From Pseudogymnoascus verrucosus (Eukaryota), in NCBI GenBank assembly GCA_001662655.1, contig KV460242.1: a DNA stretch of 64,000 bases. One strand, given 5' to 3'. This document shows, one piece after another, positions 48,901-62,524 of the stretch; position 1 is the first letter of the stretch; the number at the start of each line of letters is the position of its first letter. The position numbers were made by a program, and so were the translations under genes. The notes under the pieces were generated by a model. It saw nothing but the letters and a program-made list of their open reading frames with translations, was not told where the DNA came from and made no database searches.

Positions 48901-49843
48901 CTCGATCCCTCCCTTGGAGCTGTATTCTACACTAATACACTACTACTCCTTCTAGTTTAATGCCACCATCTATACCCTACGCTACGCCTTCCCTCTCTTA
49001 GCTACTAGGAGTAAACTAAAGTACCCTCTATACCCTGTCCAGCGCAAAAGAATACCTCCACACACCATCGACAACCTCGCTAGACGACCATAATTCCATA
49101 ATTCCATAGTTCGGTCCAGCACTCTAGCCAACTTTCCTAGCATCTACTTCCACACAAGTACCACTAGTTGTCAATCCCGTACTATCCCCCTCCCCCCTGT
49201 ACCTGATTCCACACAACTGCATCCGTACTTTTTTGTGTTGGCTGTGGTGTTGGTTGTGTGCAAATAAACAGTTGTATGTACTCTACTACTCTACTTACTA
49301 CTCTACTACTCCTACTCCTACTACTACTCCGTACCATACCGTATACTGCACTCCACTGCCAACAGGGTGCTCACTTCAACTTCCTCTCCGACTTCTTTCT
49401 TACCACTTCCAGACTGTCGTTCACCCTTTGCTCCCTCACCTACCGACTACCAACCCTCATAATCTACAATCTCCTTTCTTTACATACTGTACCTTCTATA
49501 TCTGCCTTTTAATCAACGACCTTCGTTTCAGCCTCTCGTTATTACAACTCACGACACACACAACGAACCCCCCGCGTCAATAGCTTCTATTTCCATCAAC
49601 AAGAAAAACTCCCAGCGAAACAGACCCTGACACGAACCCCCATCTACCACTCTTCCACGACACAACAGCTCGAGCAGAGCATCTCATACCCCCAAACAAC
49701 CCAATCTCTCTCTATGGGCCTTCACCAGGAATAAACCGGCAGAACCAGCAGCAAGACTCTGACCGCGCGAGCCAGCCGGTCCAACACAGGGGCTCGACAC
49801 ACAACCACCCACTTCACTCCCTCGGGAGACGACAACCTCCACC

Positions 49844-52800
49844 ATGACGAACAGCAACCGCCACTCCATGATGTCCCTCGGCAGCATGGGCGGCGGCATA
49901 GGAGGTCCCCCCCGCAACTCAGCCGGCCAGCAGTCCTCCCAGGTCTCCACGACGACTCTGCTCAACGCCCTGCACAACACCTACACCTCGTCCCAGCCCT
50001 ACCAGCTGGATGCCAGCACGAGCCTGGTGGTGAACACCTGGTTGACTGCTACGCAGGTTGATCATAATGGCGGATCCGGAGGGGTTGTGGACGCGGCGCT
50101 GGCGGCGAGAGCGTGGGAGCATGCGAGGAGACGGGCGGAGGATGGGTGTATTATGCTTGGGTATGGAAGCCATTCACTACACTCTTCATGACCAGATACT
50201 TTTCAAGAACAATACTAACACCGCCCAGATCCCTCCACGAATCCGCTCCCTCCGTCATCGTCCCCTTCCTCTCGACCCTCCCCCTCAAGATGCCCGCATC
50301 GCTCTATACAGCCCTCAACGTCCTCCGCCCATTCACCCACGCCGTGACCCCCCAAAACGGGTCTACGCCTCTCCACTCCGCCCTCGGCGTCACCCTCACC
50401 ATGACCCTTGACGGGCACCTCACCGGCGCCTCAATCGCCCTTTCGCAAGGTGGCATCGACACCGCGCGCGGACTGTTGAACGTCCCTGCCGCACCCGGAC
50501 ACCGCGCCTTCGACGTCTTCTACTACCTCCTCACCTCGGCCTCCACGGCTGCAGAGCGAGAGTTCCTCGGCCTCAAGGCCCCGTCTACGTATGCCCTGCT
50601 TTCGCGCTCGGGGACGTACGATCCGCCCTCCTACCTCCCTACCGCTGATGACTCGGCGGCTGCGGAGGACTTCCGCGCGAGTCTCAAGGAGATCGGGATT
50701 AAGGGGTCTGCGCACCGGAATCTGATTTCTATGCTGATTGGGATCTTGAAGCTGGGCGATACGCTGAGCTTCAACCTCGATGGGGATGCGCTCGAGGAGG
50801 TGTGCGAGGATATTGGAGGCCTGCTGGGTCTCGATCCGGAACTGCTGGCTTCGAAGTGCTCGACTGGGGAGAGGGAGACGTTAGTCGGTGCGCTGTACGA
50901 AGCGGTGGTGGATTGGGTGATTTCCAAAGCGAATTCGGCTATTGCGTCTGAGATGCTGAGGATCAGGAATGTGGATAACTCGAGTGATGGCGAGAGGACG
51001 CCAGGCACAGACGAGGATAACGGGGATACGGTGTGCATCACCGTCCTCGAGGTGCCAGGCGTGGCGCTCGGCAAGGCTGCCGCGATGAGGGGTGTATTCG
51101 ACGACACCCAAGGCATCAACGCCGAGATGAAAGAGGACGGCGTGGATGTCGTCGCCGCCGGCTCCTCAGTGCTCCGCGAGATGGAGAATGCCGTCTCGGA
51201 AGTAGGCCCCGATCTCGGAATCATGACCGGCCCCGCCGGCCGGGACCGCGAGCACGCCCGCGACCGCCGCGAAGCCGTCCTCGAGAAAGTTGGCCGCGAA
51301 GGCGAGGAAGACGGATTCCTCAAGACTATCATCTTCCCCGTCGACGGCGAGGGCGTCAACCTAGGCCGCCAGGGCCGTCTCGACCTCACCACCGTCCTCG
51401 GCAGCAGCAGAGTCTGGTACCACCTCTCCCTGCACCCCGTGGACGACACCCCAGCCTCCCTCGTCTCCCTCCCCTCCACCACCTCCGCCTGGTCCGCGGG
51501 CACCGTATCGCGCCAGCTCCGCGCGTGGCGTCTCCCCGAGTGGGCGAACCGCCGCACGAAGAACTTGGATTTCACGGCGGATTTCGACCATGATGAGTTC
51601 GCGGTCCGCTATGCCTCGCTCGGATGCAAGGATGGGCGCGATGGCGTCGAGTCTTGGGTCCTGGAGAGGGGGTGGACGAATGGCGAGGTTGTGGTTGGGC
51701 GTGAGCGCGTGTGGATGCGTGAGGGCGCTTGGTGGGAGGCGGAGAGTATGTTTGATCTCACTCCCGCGCAGAGGGGCGGGGAGTATGGTGCTCTCGGCGA
51801 CCTACTAGGGGCTGGCGGGTTTGAGTCGGGATACTCGGCTGGCGGGAACAATGCGAGTGGATTCTTCAATGCTGCGCCGTCCGAGCTGCATCATCAGGAT
51901 AGCAGGGAGGGATTCCTGCAGGCTGGTGATGGCGGGGCGAGGGCCAAGAGCGTGTTCGGCGCACAGTCGAAGGCGCCGACGAGGGCGCCGCAGGGGCCAG
52001 GCGATTATGGTCTGGGTTTTAAGGGGGATAACATGCAGGGGCATGTGTATTATAACAATGAGCTCGGCGAGTTTGTGGATAATCTCGATCCGGAGCTTGC
52101 GAATCCCAGGGCGGTCGTGACGGACAAGGTTACGTTCAGTCGGCGCCTGTGGGTCGGTGTCGTGTGGGCTCTTACGTTCTGGATTCCCTCGTTCTTGCTG
52201 CGCTATGTTGGGCGCATGAAGAGGCCTGATGTGCGCATGGCGTGGAGAGAGAAGGTGGTGTTGGTTTTCTTCATCTTCCTCATCAACGGGATCATCGTCT
52301 TTTATATTGTGGCGTTTGGGCGGCTGCTGTGTCCGAACTTTGATAAGGTGTGGGACACGGCGAACGTCGCGACGCATCAGGGCGATAACGATTTCTGGGT
52401 CAGCATCCATGGGAAGGTTTATGATATCTCGAATTTCTGGAAGCAGAACCATGGGACTACTTCGAGGCCGGTGCAGAGTTCGGATATGGGACAGCTGCGC
52501 GGGCTCAACTTGGATGCGTATTTCATGCCCCCGTTGACGTTTTCGTGTCCGGATGTCGTTACGGAGCCGCTGGTCTATGTTATGCAGAATGGTACGCAGG
52601 GAGAGTTCAGCTGGGCGCTGCATGATTCTGGACCGTTCAGGGATAGCTCTACGACGGATAAGATGCACAACGAGGACTGGTACCAGGCGACGTTCCAGCC
52701 GCGCATGCAGGAGTTCTACAAGGGCCACCTGGTCACCAAGGCGGACTTTGTCAAGTCGGATGGCTCGGATAATAGCCATTACTGGTTCATCATCGACGGC

Positions 52801-55346
52801 TCCATCTACGATCTCAACAACTACTTCTACACCCTCCAGACGATGGGCGGCCAAGCCCTCTACGACTACCTCGACTCCGGCTTCTCGACCATGGTCAAGA
52901 ACAACCCGGGCCAAGACCTGACAGACGCATACGCCCTGCTCCTCTCCAAGGCCGCTGACCAAACCGAGCTCACCTCCATCAAGAACACATTCAACTGCGT
53001 CAAGAACACCTTCTATATCGGCATCCCCGATTTCCGTTGGACCCCGCGCTGCCAGGTAAACAACTACATCCTCCTCGCCTTCACGATCATCCTGTGCACG
53101 GTCATCGGCGTCAAGTTCCTGGCTGCCCTGCAGTTCGGATCGAAGCGCAGACCGGCGGCGCAGGATAAATTCGTCATTTGTCAGGTTCCCGCGTATACGG
53201 AGGGCGAGGAGTCGTTGAGGAAGGCGCTCGATTCGTTGACGGCGCTGCAGTATGATAATAAGAGGAAACTTATCTGCGTTATTTGCGATGGTATGATTGT
53301 AGGTGGTGGCAATGACCGGCCTACCCCGAAGATCGTCCTGGATATTCTTGGTGTGGATCCGAAGATCGATCCGCCTGCCCTGCCTTTCCACTCTGTGGGA
53401 CAGAGCGGCGAGCAGCTCAACTACGGGAAAGTGTACTCCGGCCTGTACGAGTTCGAGGGCAACGTCGTACCGTACCTTGTTATTGTGAAAGTAGGCAAAG
53501 AATCCGAGCAATCGAAATCCAAACCCGGTAACCGCGGCAAGCGCGACTCCCAAATCCTGCTCATGAGTTTCCTGAACCGCGTCCACCACCGCTCCCCCAT
53601 GAACCCGCTGGAACTCGAGATGTTCCATCAGATCAACAATATCATCGGCGTCGACCCGGAGCTGTACGAGTACCTGTTCATGGTTGATGCTGATACGAGC
53701 GTTAGGGAGGACTCGCTGAATCGTCTCGTGGCGGCTTGTGCGAATGATGCGAAGATTGCGGGGGTGTGTGGGGAGACGAGCCTGGAGAATGAGGAGAAGA
53801 GTTGGTGGACTATGATTCAGGTTTATGAGTACTTTATCTCGCATCATTTGGCGAAGGCGTTTGAGTCGCTGTTTGGGAGTGTTACTTGTTTGCCTGGATG
53901 GTGAGTTTTTCTAATATATCCCGACCTTAAAAGGCGCCTGCTAACTGAAGTAGTTTCACAATGTACCGCCTCCGCACCGCCGACAAAGGAAAACCCCTCC
54001 TCATCTCCGACGCCATCGTCCGCGAATACGCCGACTGCGACGTCGACACCCTGCACAAGAAGAACCTCCTCTCCCTCGGCGAGGATCGCTTCCTCACCAC
54101 GCTCATGACCAAGCACTTCCCCTACATGTCGTACAAGTTCATCCCCGACGCCTACGCCAGCACCGCCGCGCCCGACACCTGGTCTGTCCTCCTGTCGCAA
54201 CGTCGTCGCTGGATCAACTCCACGATTCATAATCTGGCTGAGCTTGTGCGGTTGAGGGAGATGTGCGGATTCTGCTGTTTCAGTATGAGGTTTGTTGTGT
54301 TCATCGATCTTTTCGGTACTGTTATCTTGCCCGCTACATGCGTCTACCTCGTCTACCTGATCACCACCGTCGCCTTGGGGAAGTCCCAGTTCCCGCTCAT
54401 CTCCATCATCATGATCGCGTGCGTGTACGGTTTACAAGCTATCATCTTCATTCTTAAGAGGCAATGGCAGCACGTGGGGTGGATGATAATCTACATCCTC
54501 GCCTTCCCCATCTACTCCTTCGTCCTCCCCGTCTACTCCTTCTGGAACCAAGATAACTTCACCTGGGGCTCCACACGTATCGTCATCGGCGAGTCCGGGG
54601 ATAAGCGCGTCGTAGCTATCGACGATGATGGATTTGACCCCCGCTCCATCCCGCTGCAGAGGTGGGACGATTACGCCGCTGCTAACGCCCTACCCGGTCG
54701 CAGGGGTGGTGTTGGGGGGGGAGTTGGGGAGAAATTGGATAATCCGTATGATGACGCTTACGAGATGGATGATTTCCGCTCTGTCTACTCCTCCGTTAAG
54801 CCTGCTTCTACCATGGGCTTCGGGGGTGGCGGTGCGCCGAGGGGAAGCTTCATTCCCCCGCCTATGCCGTCGCCGTATGGAGCCGGGCAGCAGGGGCAGG
54901 TTAGCAGGCAGTCTGTGTTTTCGACCTCGCCGTATGCGGATCAACCCCAGCAGGTGACCAGGCAGCCTAGTATGTTATCCCTCGGCTCCCCTCTCGACAG
55001 CCCCTACGGTGCGGCGAGGCCGAACACAATCCACGTCTCCACCCTCCCATCGAGTGAGAACCTGCTCGGCGGAATGGGTTCCCCATCCCCCGGCCCCGGC
55101 GCCAGGGGAGGGAACAGGAACACGATAGGTTACCCGATGGGTGGTGCCAGCCCCGCACCAGGTGCACCTAGCGATGAGGCGATCGTGGAGGCGATTAGAG
55201 CGTGTTTGGCGGATGTGGATCTGGATACTGTTACGAAGAAGCAGGTTAGGGCGCTGGTGGAGCAGAGGTTGGGAGGGGGGGTGGGTGGGGTGGAGAGGAG
55301 GGCGTTTGTGGATAGGGCTATTGATGGGGAGTTGGCTAATATGTAG
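49844..55346 (+). CDS. csmB: Class VII chitin synthase with degenerate myosin-motor-like domain (CsmB/ChsVII type)
   Basis: [13 protein letters not shown], no P-loop, AFDVFYYLL, b5-like [34 protein letters not shown] ([14 protein letters not shown]); introns 50161-50228 and 53901-53953. Confidence 0.95.
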
Positions 55347-56320
55347 TCGACGCGTTTTGCTGTTGTGAAATGGGAGGGGAGAAGGGGCGGGGGAATGCTT
55401 GCATTTTGGCACGGAGCATTTTGATTGTTTTTACGTTTTCTTTTTTAGTTTGGTCTTTTTTGTTTGTTTTTTAAGGGGGGGTTACTGCGGTCTGCATTTT
55501 TTGGATTTGTGGATTTGTGAAAAATATGTGGCTGGCGGTGCTATCTGCGCGTTTTTGATTTTTGGGGGGGGAGGGGAGAGGGGAGGGTAAATGTGTGTGT
55601 GTGTGTGATTATAGTAGCTGTAATAGATTGCATGGGGAGGGAAATGAAAATATATATCTTGCTCTACTCTGCTCTTTTATAGTGTCTTGTGGTTTGTGTG
55701 ACTTGTGATATACGTATTTTAATGTAAGTTATTTATTTTAATTTTTTCTATTTATTTATTCTCTCCATGATTATATGATGGCGATACTTGCAATGTCTCT
55801 CCACCTCCTATTTACCAGCACCCGAAAATTCCAATTTAGGGCACGGCACTGGGAATGTATTCGTAGGTCCCGTCACGGATCTTCTATATGTAAGAAGTGT
55901 TTGTATGGAGGTGGTATGGTGAATTCCTGGGTGCACATAATTTAGAGAGAAGGAACTGTTGTTACTCGTGCGCCGCAAATAGCCCTGACGAAGGGACCCT
56001 GCATAACAGTAACCTTCAAACATAAAAACATACTATATACACTGTTATACCTCTTCTTTGTCCACAGTAACCATAAAACAAAATAACTTCTCTCAATAAC
56101 CCAGCAACAAACAGATGAGCCGAGCCATCGAAGCTCCAAATCCTAGCGGCGGCCTCTAGCGCCTAGCTCCCGCTTGATAGAAACCTTAAATTCCAACTCT
56201 CATTAATAGCGCTTGAAAACACGCCATGTTGGGGAAGGAACGAGTGGCTAGGTTATTGTGGTTTAGACTGTAGAGCTATTGGTTTAGCGTGGAATGAGCT
56301 TATAAAATGGGGGGGTATGG

Positions 56321-57429
56321 ATGGTTATTTTCTCTCCTTCTTGGGTCACAGACGATGACGGATATTGGGAATACTCTCATATTTCACACAACACCCGCAC
56401 ATTTAAGATGTCTTCTCTCAACGACCAAACGAACAACCTCGGCAGCGGCTTAACATCCCTCACATTTGCAGAGTTCACCTGGGACAACGGAAACGGAGGA
56501 TACAAAATGATATCCTCCTCCAACCTCGGCAAACTCTACCACTACATGCGAACCCACTACCCAGGCGTAACCACAATCGACGAAATGCCACCCTACCTCA
56601 TAATCTGGTGCTTAAACGCCCTCCCCGCGCCCTCAAAAAGAACCATTCTTAATCGGCGGCCTGCTTGCCCTCTGGCTCGTCGAAGGACAATGTCTCCCCC
56701 CCCGAGATTATGGGTGGATTCCTTGGGAATCTGGAGATACAGCTTGAGATTGGCGGTGATCACGTTGAGGATCTCCGGCTTTATCATATCCCCAAGACCT
56801 ATACGCTTTGGAAACTAATGCGGGAGGGGTTTCCGGATGCGCTGGCTGTGAGTTTCATCGATAACGAGATCTTTGTTGAGTTGCCGGAGCTGTCTAGATA
56901 TGAGCATGCGGAAAGGTTGAAGAGGTGTCCCGGGTGGTTTGCGCATGAGGGGCCGAAGTTGTTTTATTATAATGGGATTAGGATTAAGACGCAGCGGAGT
57001 AAGGAGGTGGGACGGCTGGGGAGGCAGGGTCGAGAGGGGAAGTTGCTTGGGAGTGATATGTTGAGGATGGATGATGTTTATATGGTTGATGACGATGCTA
57101 TGGGGTACCATACGGCTATGTTATGTAAAGGCATAACGGTCATTTCTCAACCCGACCAAGACAAAGTTGCCATGGAAATCTTCGCAATGAGTGATCCTGT
57201 GGCGTATGGGGAGCCTAGTATCCGTGCCGGGTGTTGTGGGTCGGCTTTGGTTCGGATGGATAGGAGTACAGAGGCTGAAGGAGGACTACTTGAGAAGGGC
57301 GGGGAGATTGGGTTGTTTATTGTGGGATCGAAGTTTGGGGAGGGGAAGGGGGCTGATGATTTCCCGAGGGTGCTTTGTTTTGCGGAGGCTAATGATAGGG
57401 TTATTGAGGCTGGACTGGAGGTTGAATAG
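56321..57429 (+). pseudogene. Hypothetical protein interrupted by apparent frameshifts near 56641 and 56700 (pseudogene or assembly error)
   Basis: Removing one A at aaaaagaacc and one C in the C8 run gives a continuous reading PPYLIIWC...KRPFLIGGLLALWLVEGQCLPPEIMGGFLGNLEI...RAGCCGSALV... Confidence 0.55.
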
Positions 57430-57456
57430 TGTGCGCATCTAAGAACAAATCCGGCT

Positions 57457-57559
57457 TGAAGCATGGGATTACTTGGTTTGCTAGTGGTTGGGGCTGCGGC
57501 TCATTGAAGCATGGGATTACTTAGTGTGGTGTGCGAGTAGTTGGGGCTGCGGCCCATTG
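57457..57559 (+). repeat. Two-copy imperfect tandem repeat (~49-53 bp)
   Basis: tgaagcatgggattactt...gttggggctgcggcycattg occurs twice. Confidence 0.8.
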
Positions 57560-58384
57560 TATTATAGAGGTGTTAAATGAAATGCTTGCGGTTTTTTATC
57601 TCTCGTATTATGGTAGTATAATATGAACTTTAAGATGATGTTACAGCCCAGCTCTTACCACCGCTTAGATAACTTGTCGAGGACTGTCACCGCGCCATTC
57701 TTGTCACCGCCCAAGAATCTTGCCGAGAATTTATGCCACTGTCATCTGGCGTCGATGTCGAGCAAGACCACAAAAGGGTCATTGGTGACTGTTACTGGAA
57801 CCGTTCACACGCATTTTTCTGCGCGCCTTGTCCAAGGATTTGTCAATGGGGTTAAATTCCATATGGAGCTAGATCCACTTTTGTTCAGTCCGGATTCCCT
57901 GTTTTATGTGCCATGTCTACATCTCGTAGGTTTGTTGCAATCAACGGCCCTGTGCGAGCTCCGTATTTGCCTTGTAGATGAAGGCACCATCGAGCCTAGT
58001 AGCCCTTCCAGCAGTCCAAATATCCATTCTCTTTGCTTTGCCATGAGGGGGGTCTAGGAACGTTTGCCGCGAGCTCTCCATCTCCCTTCGCTGCCTCAAT
58101 CTCAGACCTAATTGAGTCCACACGTCTCACACCCTCAGTACCAGAGGACAAGTGCTGCGACGATTGAGGTGGAGTTTCTATTCTTTTGCGTGTTACATGG
58201 TGGTTTACATCTAAAGTAGTAGTATACATATATACACTCCAATATCTAGCCTTCTCTGAGCACTATGTCAGGTTCCCTGCCTACGCCGGCGCTGTTCCCA
58301 TGTTGAAATCAGCTCTCGGGACGCTAGCCATCTAATATTTTTTGGTATCCAGACACCCTTCTTGTCAATTCACCCTTTGCCAAT

Positions 58385-59525
58385 CTACGCCTTGGCATTG
58401 TCCACCTTTGCATCAGCATCAGTCGCATCGTATGCCGTCTTCGGCAGCACCTTCTCGACCGCATCGGCCGCTTCCGGGTGTGCTGGTGCAGGTGTCTTCT
58501 CCTCAACCTTCTCCTTCACTGCCGCCTTGACATCCTGAGCCTCCTTCTTCGGCGTGACCTTATCATCCTGAGATTCCGCAGCAGCGGCCTCACCCTCCCG
58601 TGCCTCCGCCTTAGCCGCCTCTTGCGCCCGGATCTCAGCCTCTAGCTCCTCCTCCTCGTCCTCGAGCTCCGCGCCGTACATATCCGGGTGCGCCCGGAAA
58701 CAATCCTGCATTCCCCTATACGAGCAGCATCAGCAGTGTCCCATGGCATATCATTCCACTTCCTCTATCCCCAGCGCCGGGTCAGCGCTCCAGAAGCACT
58801 CAAACACGTACTTGAACTTCTCAATACACTCCATTCCCTTCGGCTCCTCAGTGCTGTGCACGAAGCAGCTGAACGCCTCGCGGAACTCCTCGCCGCAGGG
58901 TCCGTGTGCCATGCCGCCTAGGCAGGGGCAATCCCAGTTGATCTCGCCGGTCTCGGGGTTGAAGGCGCCTTCCTGGCCGGCTTCCGCTTCGAGGTCTTCG
59001 ATTGAGCCGCCTGGGGCTGCGCTCTCGTCCTCGCCTTCGGTAGCAGGGGTAGCGCTTCCCTCAGACTCTTCTGATGCCGGTGCAGCTGCAGCAGCTGCAG
59101 CAGCGGCTTCTGCGGCTGCGGCGGCCTTGGCCTTTGCTTTATCCTCGGCGGCGCGGGCAGCGGCGCGTGCGCGCTTCTCGGCAACGATGGCTTCGATGGT
59201 TGGGAGCTCGCTCTGCTGGATATGGTGGATGCTCTCTTCTAACCTATTAATGGCAGCTTCACAATAGTTAGCCCATGCTCCATGAATCCTGATATTGCCG
59301 GTGCCGCTCGTAGGTTGGAAGGTGGGAAGCCATACCTTCTTCTTGCTCCGCAAAGATATCGGTCGTATTATAATAGTACAGTCCAGTTCCGGCCAAACCC
59401 CAGCGAACCGCGGCGCCCTTCCATGTCCGCTTCTTCGGCGCAGCAGAGGTGGTGAGGAATTTGCGGGAGGGCGAGGAGGCGACGCGGGAGGTCAGCGCGC
59501 GACGACCGACAGTGCGGGCGAGCAT
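58385..59525 (-). CDS. MIA40: Mitochondrial intermembrane-space import oxidoreductase Mia40
   Basis: Presequence [14 protein letters not shown]..., membrane anchor [38 protein letters not shown]...KGMECIEKF...[12 protein letters not shown] (CPC plus twin CX9C); two introns. Confidence 0.95.
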
Positions 59526-59847
59526 TGTGGAAACGGGGAGGAAGGTGAGCACCGGAAAGAAGGTCTAAAGAAGTCAATCGCACAAAGAACGGTAGTTGAA
59601 GAACCGCCGGCGTCAGTCGCTGATGCAGGTAAACAAAAGAAACACGATGGACGTGGTAAGAACGGCGAGGGGGAGAGCGTAATAGACTCGGATTAGTGAT
59701 GATTTCGGGAGTGATTGGAAATAAAATTTCACGTGACCAAGCCGTATTTTTCCGGGTTGGTAGGGTTCTCGGAGAAACGATGATACAACCGAAACGCACA
59801 TTCGCTAAGTATAATAGAATCAATAATTGTACAGACACAACAAAAAA

Positions 59848-59942
59848 GGGGATATGGTTTAGTGGTATAACGCTTCTTTAGCACTTGAGATTCGTCTCCT
59901 GTAACATAGAAGAGGTCCGGCGTTCGATTCGCCGTTTCTCCA
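59848..59942 (+). tRNA. tRNA-Ala(AGC) with a 23-nt intron (59884-59906)
   Basis: Acceptor stem GGGGATA/TTTCTCC with the G3:U70 Ala identity pair, A-box TGGTTTAGTGG, anticodon stem CTTCT/AGAAG with TT-AGC-A loop, T-arm CGGCG-TTCGATT-CGCCG, downstream oligo-T. Confidence 0.93.
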
Positions 59943-60840
59943 ATAGAAACAACCTGTTGGGATCAATCCTTGATTATATTTTTTTGTCATTTTTTTGGCT
60001 TTTTCTTTTTCCGTTTTTTTGCGACATTATCGTAGTAATCCTGTGAATATATCATCGATTTAACTACTGCAAAGAATAGAACAATTCACTTTTGCATCAT
60101 TCAACGATTTTAAAATCTACAGGGCCAGAGCAATGGCTATATATCTATCGCATGTGTATCCGACGCCACAGTAGGAGTAGGTAAAGTTGCTTTATATTTG
60201 GGACTGCTCGAATCCATGCCCAACATATATATCTCTTTTGAAATACCTTTTTATTCTCTTTTTGGTGGGATGCACCGAGTAGGACAAGACGACGAACTGG
60301 ACGTGCCGTCCACGGTATCCAACACAACAAGCATAGTAAAGGGGTGTCTGAAAATGATAATGCATCCATGGTCATTTATATTTCATTAATTCTTAGTCCT
60401 TTATTTAGACTTTGGATTTGTAGAAGTTGAAGTAAATAAAGGAGAGCAGTAAAGGGGTGTAGCCTGGTTTCTATTGTCTATTTGTCTTGCCTTGTTTCTC
60501 TTGTTGGGCCGTTTTCTTGAGTCTCCCTTCCCTGAGCTGTTTTCCCCAGGTTCTCTTCCTCGGGTTATTATGCCCAGTCTCTCTTCCTCAAACTGACGCG
60601 CCTGGTTTCTCTCCCTCGGGTTGTCGTGCCTAATTATGGAGGCTTTGTTGTCAAATTCACTTCTGTTTCGCTTGTTGTTGTTCTCATACTTTATGTTGAC
60701 TTTGTTCTCTCCACAACTTCTACCTTCCACCATCACCACACAATTTATTTCTGGAGGGTATTGGCCCTCGCCCATTCATCACTCACCTTTCGTGTGAGTT
60801 GTTTACTTTTCTCTCATCCATCTTCGACCCTACTTATCCG

Positions 60841-61512
60841 ATGACTAAGACACCAGCTCAATATGAGGTCCTCCAGAGACCTGTTTGGGACCCAGCCCCT
60901 GGAACTACCTGCTTGTGGCAATGCATCAAGGAGAAACCTCTAGCCATGCACCAGTTGTCTGATCGAGTGCTAGGCAGTCTCTATATTGCCATTGATTGCG
61001 GATTGATCAAGAAAGGTCAATGTAACCTCAACGAAAGTGACCTTGGTGACTATTTCAACATTCGGGTTATTCGCACCAATTTAAATCTTGGCCGCGAACT
61101 ATTGACCCCAGATGGGAAAGCCGTGGTTGCAATCCCGGTGAAGCGCGAGAACAAAACAGTATTTTTCGAGCTCCGAGGTGCTGGCAAGGCCCATATCAAG
61201 CTTCCAGCTGTTGTGTATAATACGGATATTTTCAAGGCGAGGTATCCTAACTGGGCCGAATGGCGCGATGAGCTTTTATATTGCCGAGCATCAGACGGCG
61301 CATTCTACGTGGAGGATTTTGAGTCTTACCCAAGAAATGCCACCGACAGCACTCCCCCGGACTGGCCTCAGGGCCTTACTCGAGACCGCAACTTGGCATC
61401 TGAGGACCATTATCGGCTGAACAATCGTAGGGAATCCCTTCTCGAGTCATCAACATTTACTAATTCGATACGCAGTAAACACAAAGACTGGTTTGCCAAA
61501 AGACGTCGTTGA
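60841..61512 (+). CDS. Hypothetical protein (223 aa), no recognisable domain
   Basis: Uninterrupted ORF from ATG 60841 with globular-looking composition; no motif recognised. Confidence 0.5.
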   Translation: MTKTPAQYEVLQRPVWDPAPGTTCLWQCIKEKPLAMHQLSDRVLGSLYIAIDCGLIKKGQCNLNESDLGDYFNIRVIRTNLNLGRELLTPDGKAVVAIPVKRENKTVFFELRGAGKAHIKLPAVVYNTDIFKARYPNWAEWRDELLYCRASDGAFYVEDFESYPRNATDSTPPDWPQGLTRDRNLASEDHYRLNNRRESLLESSTFTNSIRSKHKDWFAKRRR

Positions 61513-62524
61513 TACGGAAGATAGCGTTCAAAATCCGTATTCCACGCGATCCCAAGCCAGCCAGCCTCCACAGTCAAATTTGAGAACCCCAAGATCAGTC
61601 GACAACTCATCTATCGCGGACATCATTGATCAAAGATACGGTTTCAATGGTCGAAATCGAAGTGGGGTTGACGTTTTTACTGGTAGGTATTCCTCCTGCC
61701 CACCATTCTAAACTAGGGTTCTTCTTGTTTTGTTAAATACCAAGCTAATTTCATGGGTCCATCCTGCAAAATAGATCCAGAGGAGGAAATCGGCACGTTG
61801 TTAATATCAAAGAAGAGGAAGAGGAGCTCCTTCGCGGAACCCATGCTTTCCAAGACGCCGAATCGTCAGGGATCACCTTCTCCCAGCATCGCGCCGATCG
61901 AAGTTCATAAAGCTGCTTTTCAAGCCGCATTTCGTGACAAATCAGTTCAACGCACCGAATTGTTTCACGCACTGTTGCCATATATAACTGTGGCAGACGC
62001 GGAGGAGATCTTGGTTCGATGTCAACAGGTCGCTGCAGTCATATCCGAATCCAAGTTTGAGTAACGCTCTGGGGCAGGAATCCTGACCGAGCTAGAGAAT
62101 GTGTTCCCTGGCCTATTGTGTTGATCGGAGCTTCCGGAGTATGTTTTTTTCACCTGTTGTTTGGTATGGGCGTCCGCAGGAGGTGTCAGGTGTCCTTTAT
62201 TCCGCGGTATTTGTCTGGTGCAATGCTGAAGTGCTCATACGTCCTCCTACTTGCATTACCGAGGCAGCATTTTGCTCCCTAACCAGGGCCTCTGGTAAAT
62301 ATGAAACATGAATTGGAGTTGATAATCTTCTGTTTTTCTCATGTGTGAAGCTCTGACTGACATTTTGATGCCTTAATCACAAAGGGTTCAACAAAAGTGA
62401 TCTAATCTGCAGAACCATAGCTTGATCACACCCCTTCTAGCTCCAACCCCCAGGTTAACGACCTCACCCTTTCTGCTTCAACCTCCAAAGCCCCTTCACA
62501 TTTCCCAACGCCAAGCCCAAACCC

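Noticed and set aside
46340..49583. Numerous short ORFs between the chitin synthases
   Set aside because: Low-complexity intergenic sequence with alternative start codons and no coding signature.
60401..60775. 124-aa minus-strand charged ORF
   Set aside because: Low-complexity purine-rich reading with no motif; more likely upstream sequence of the 60841 ORF.
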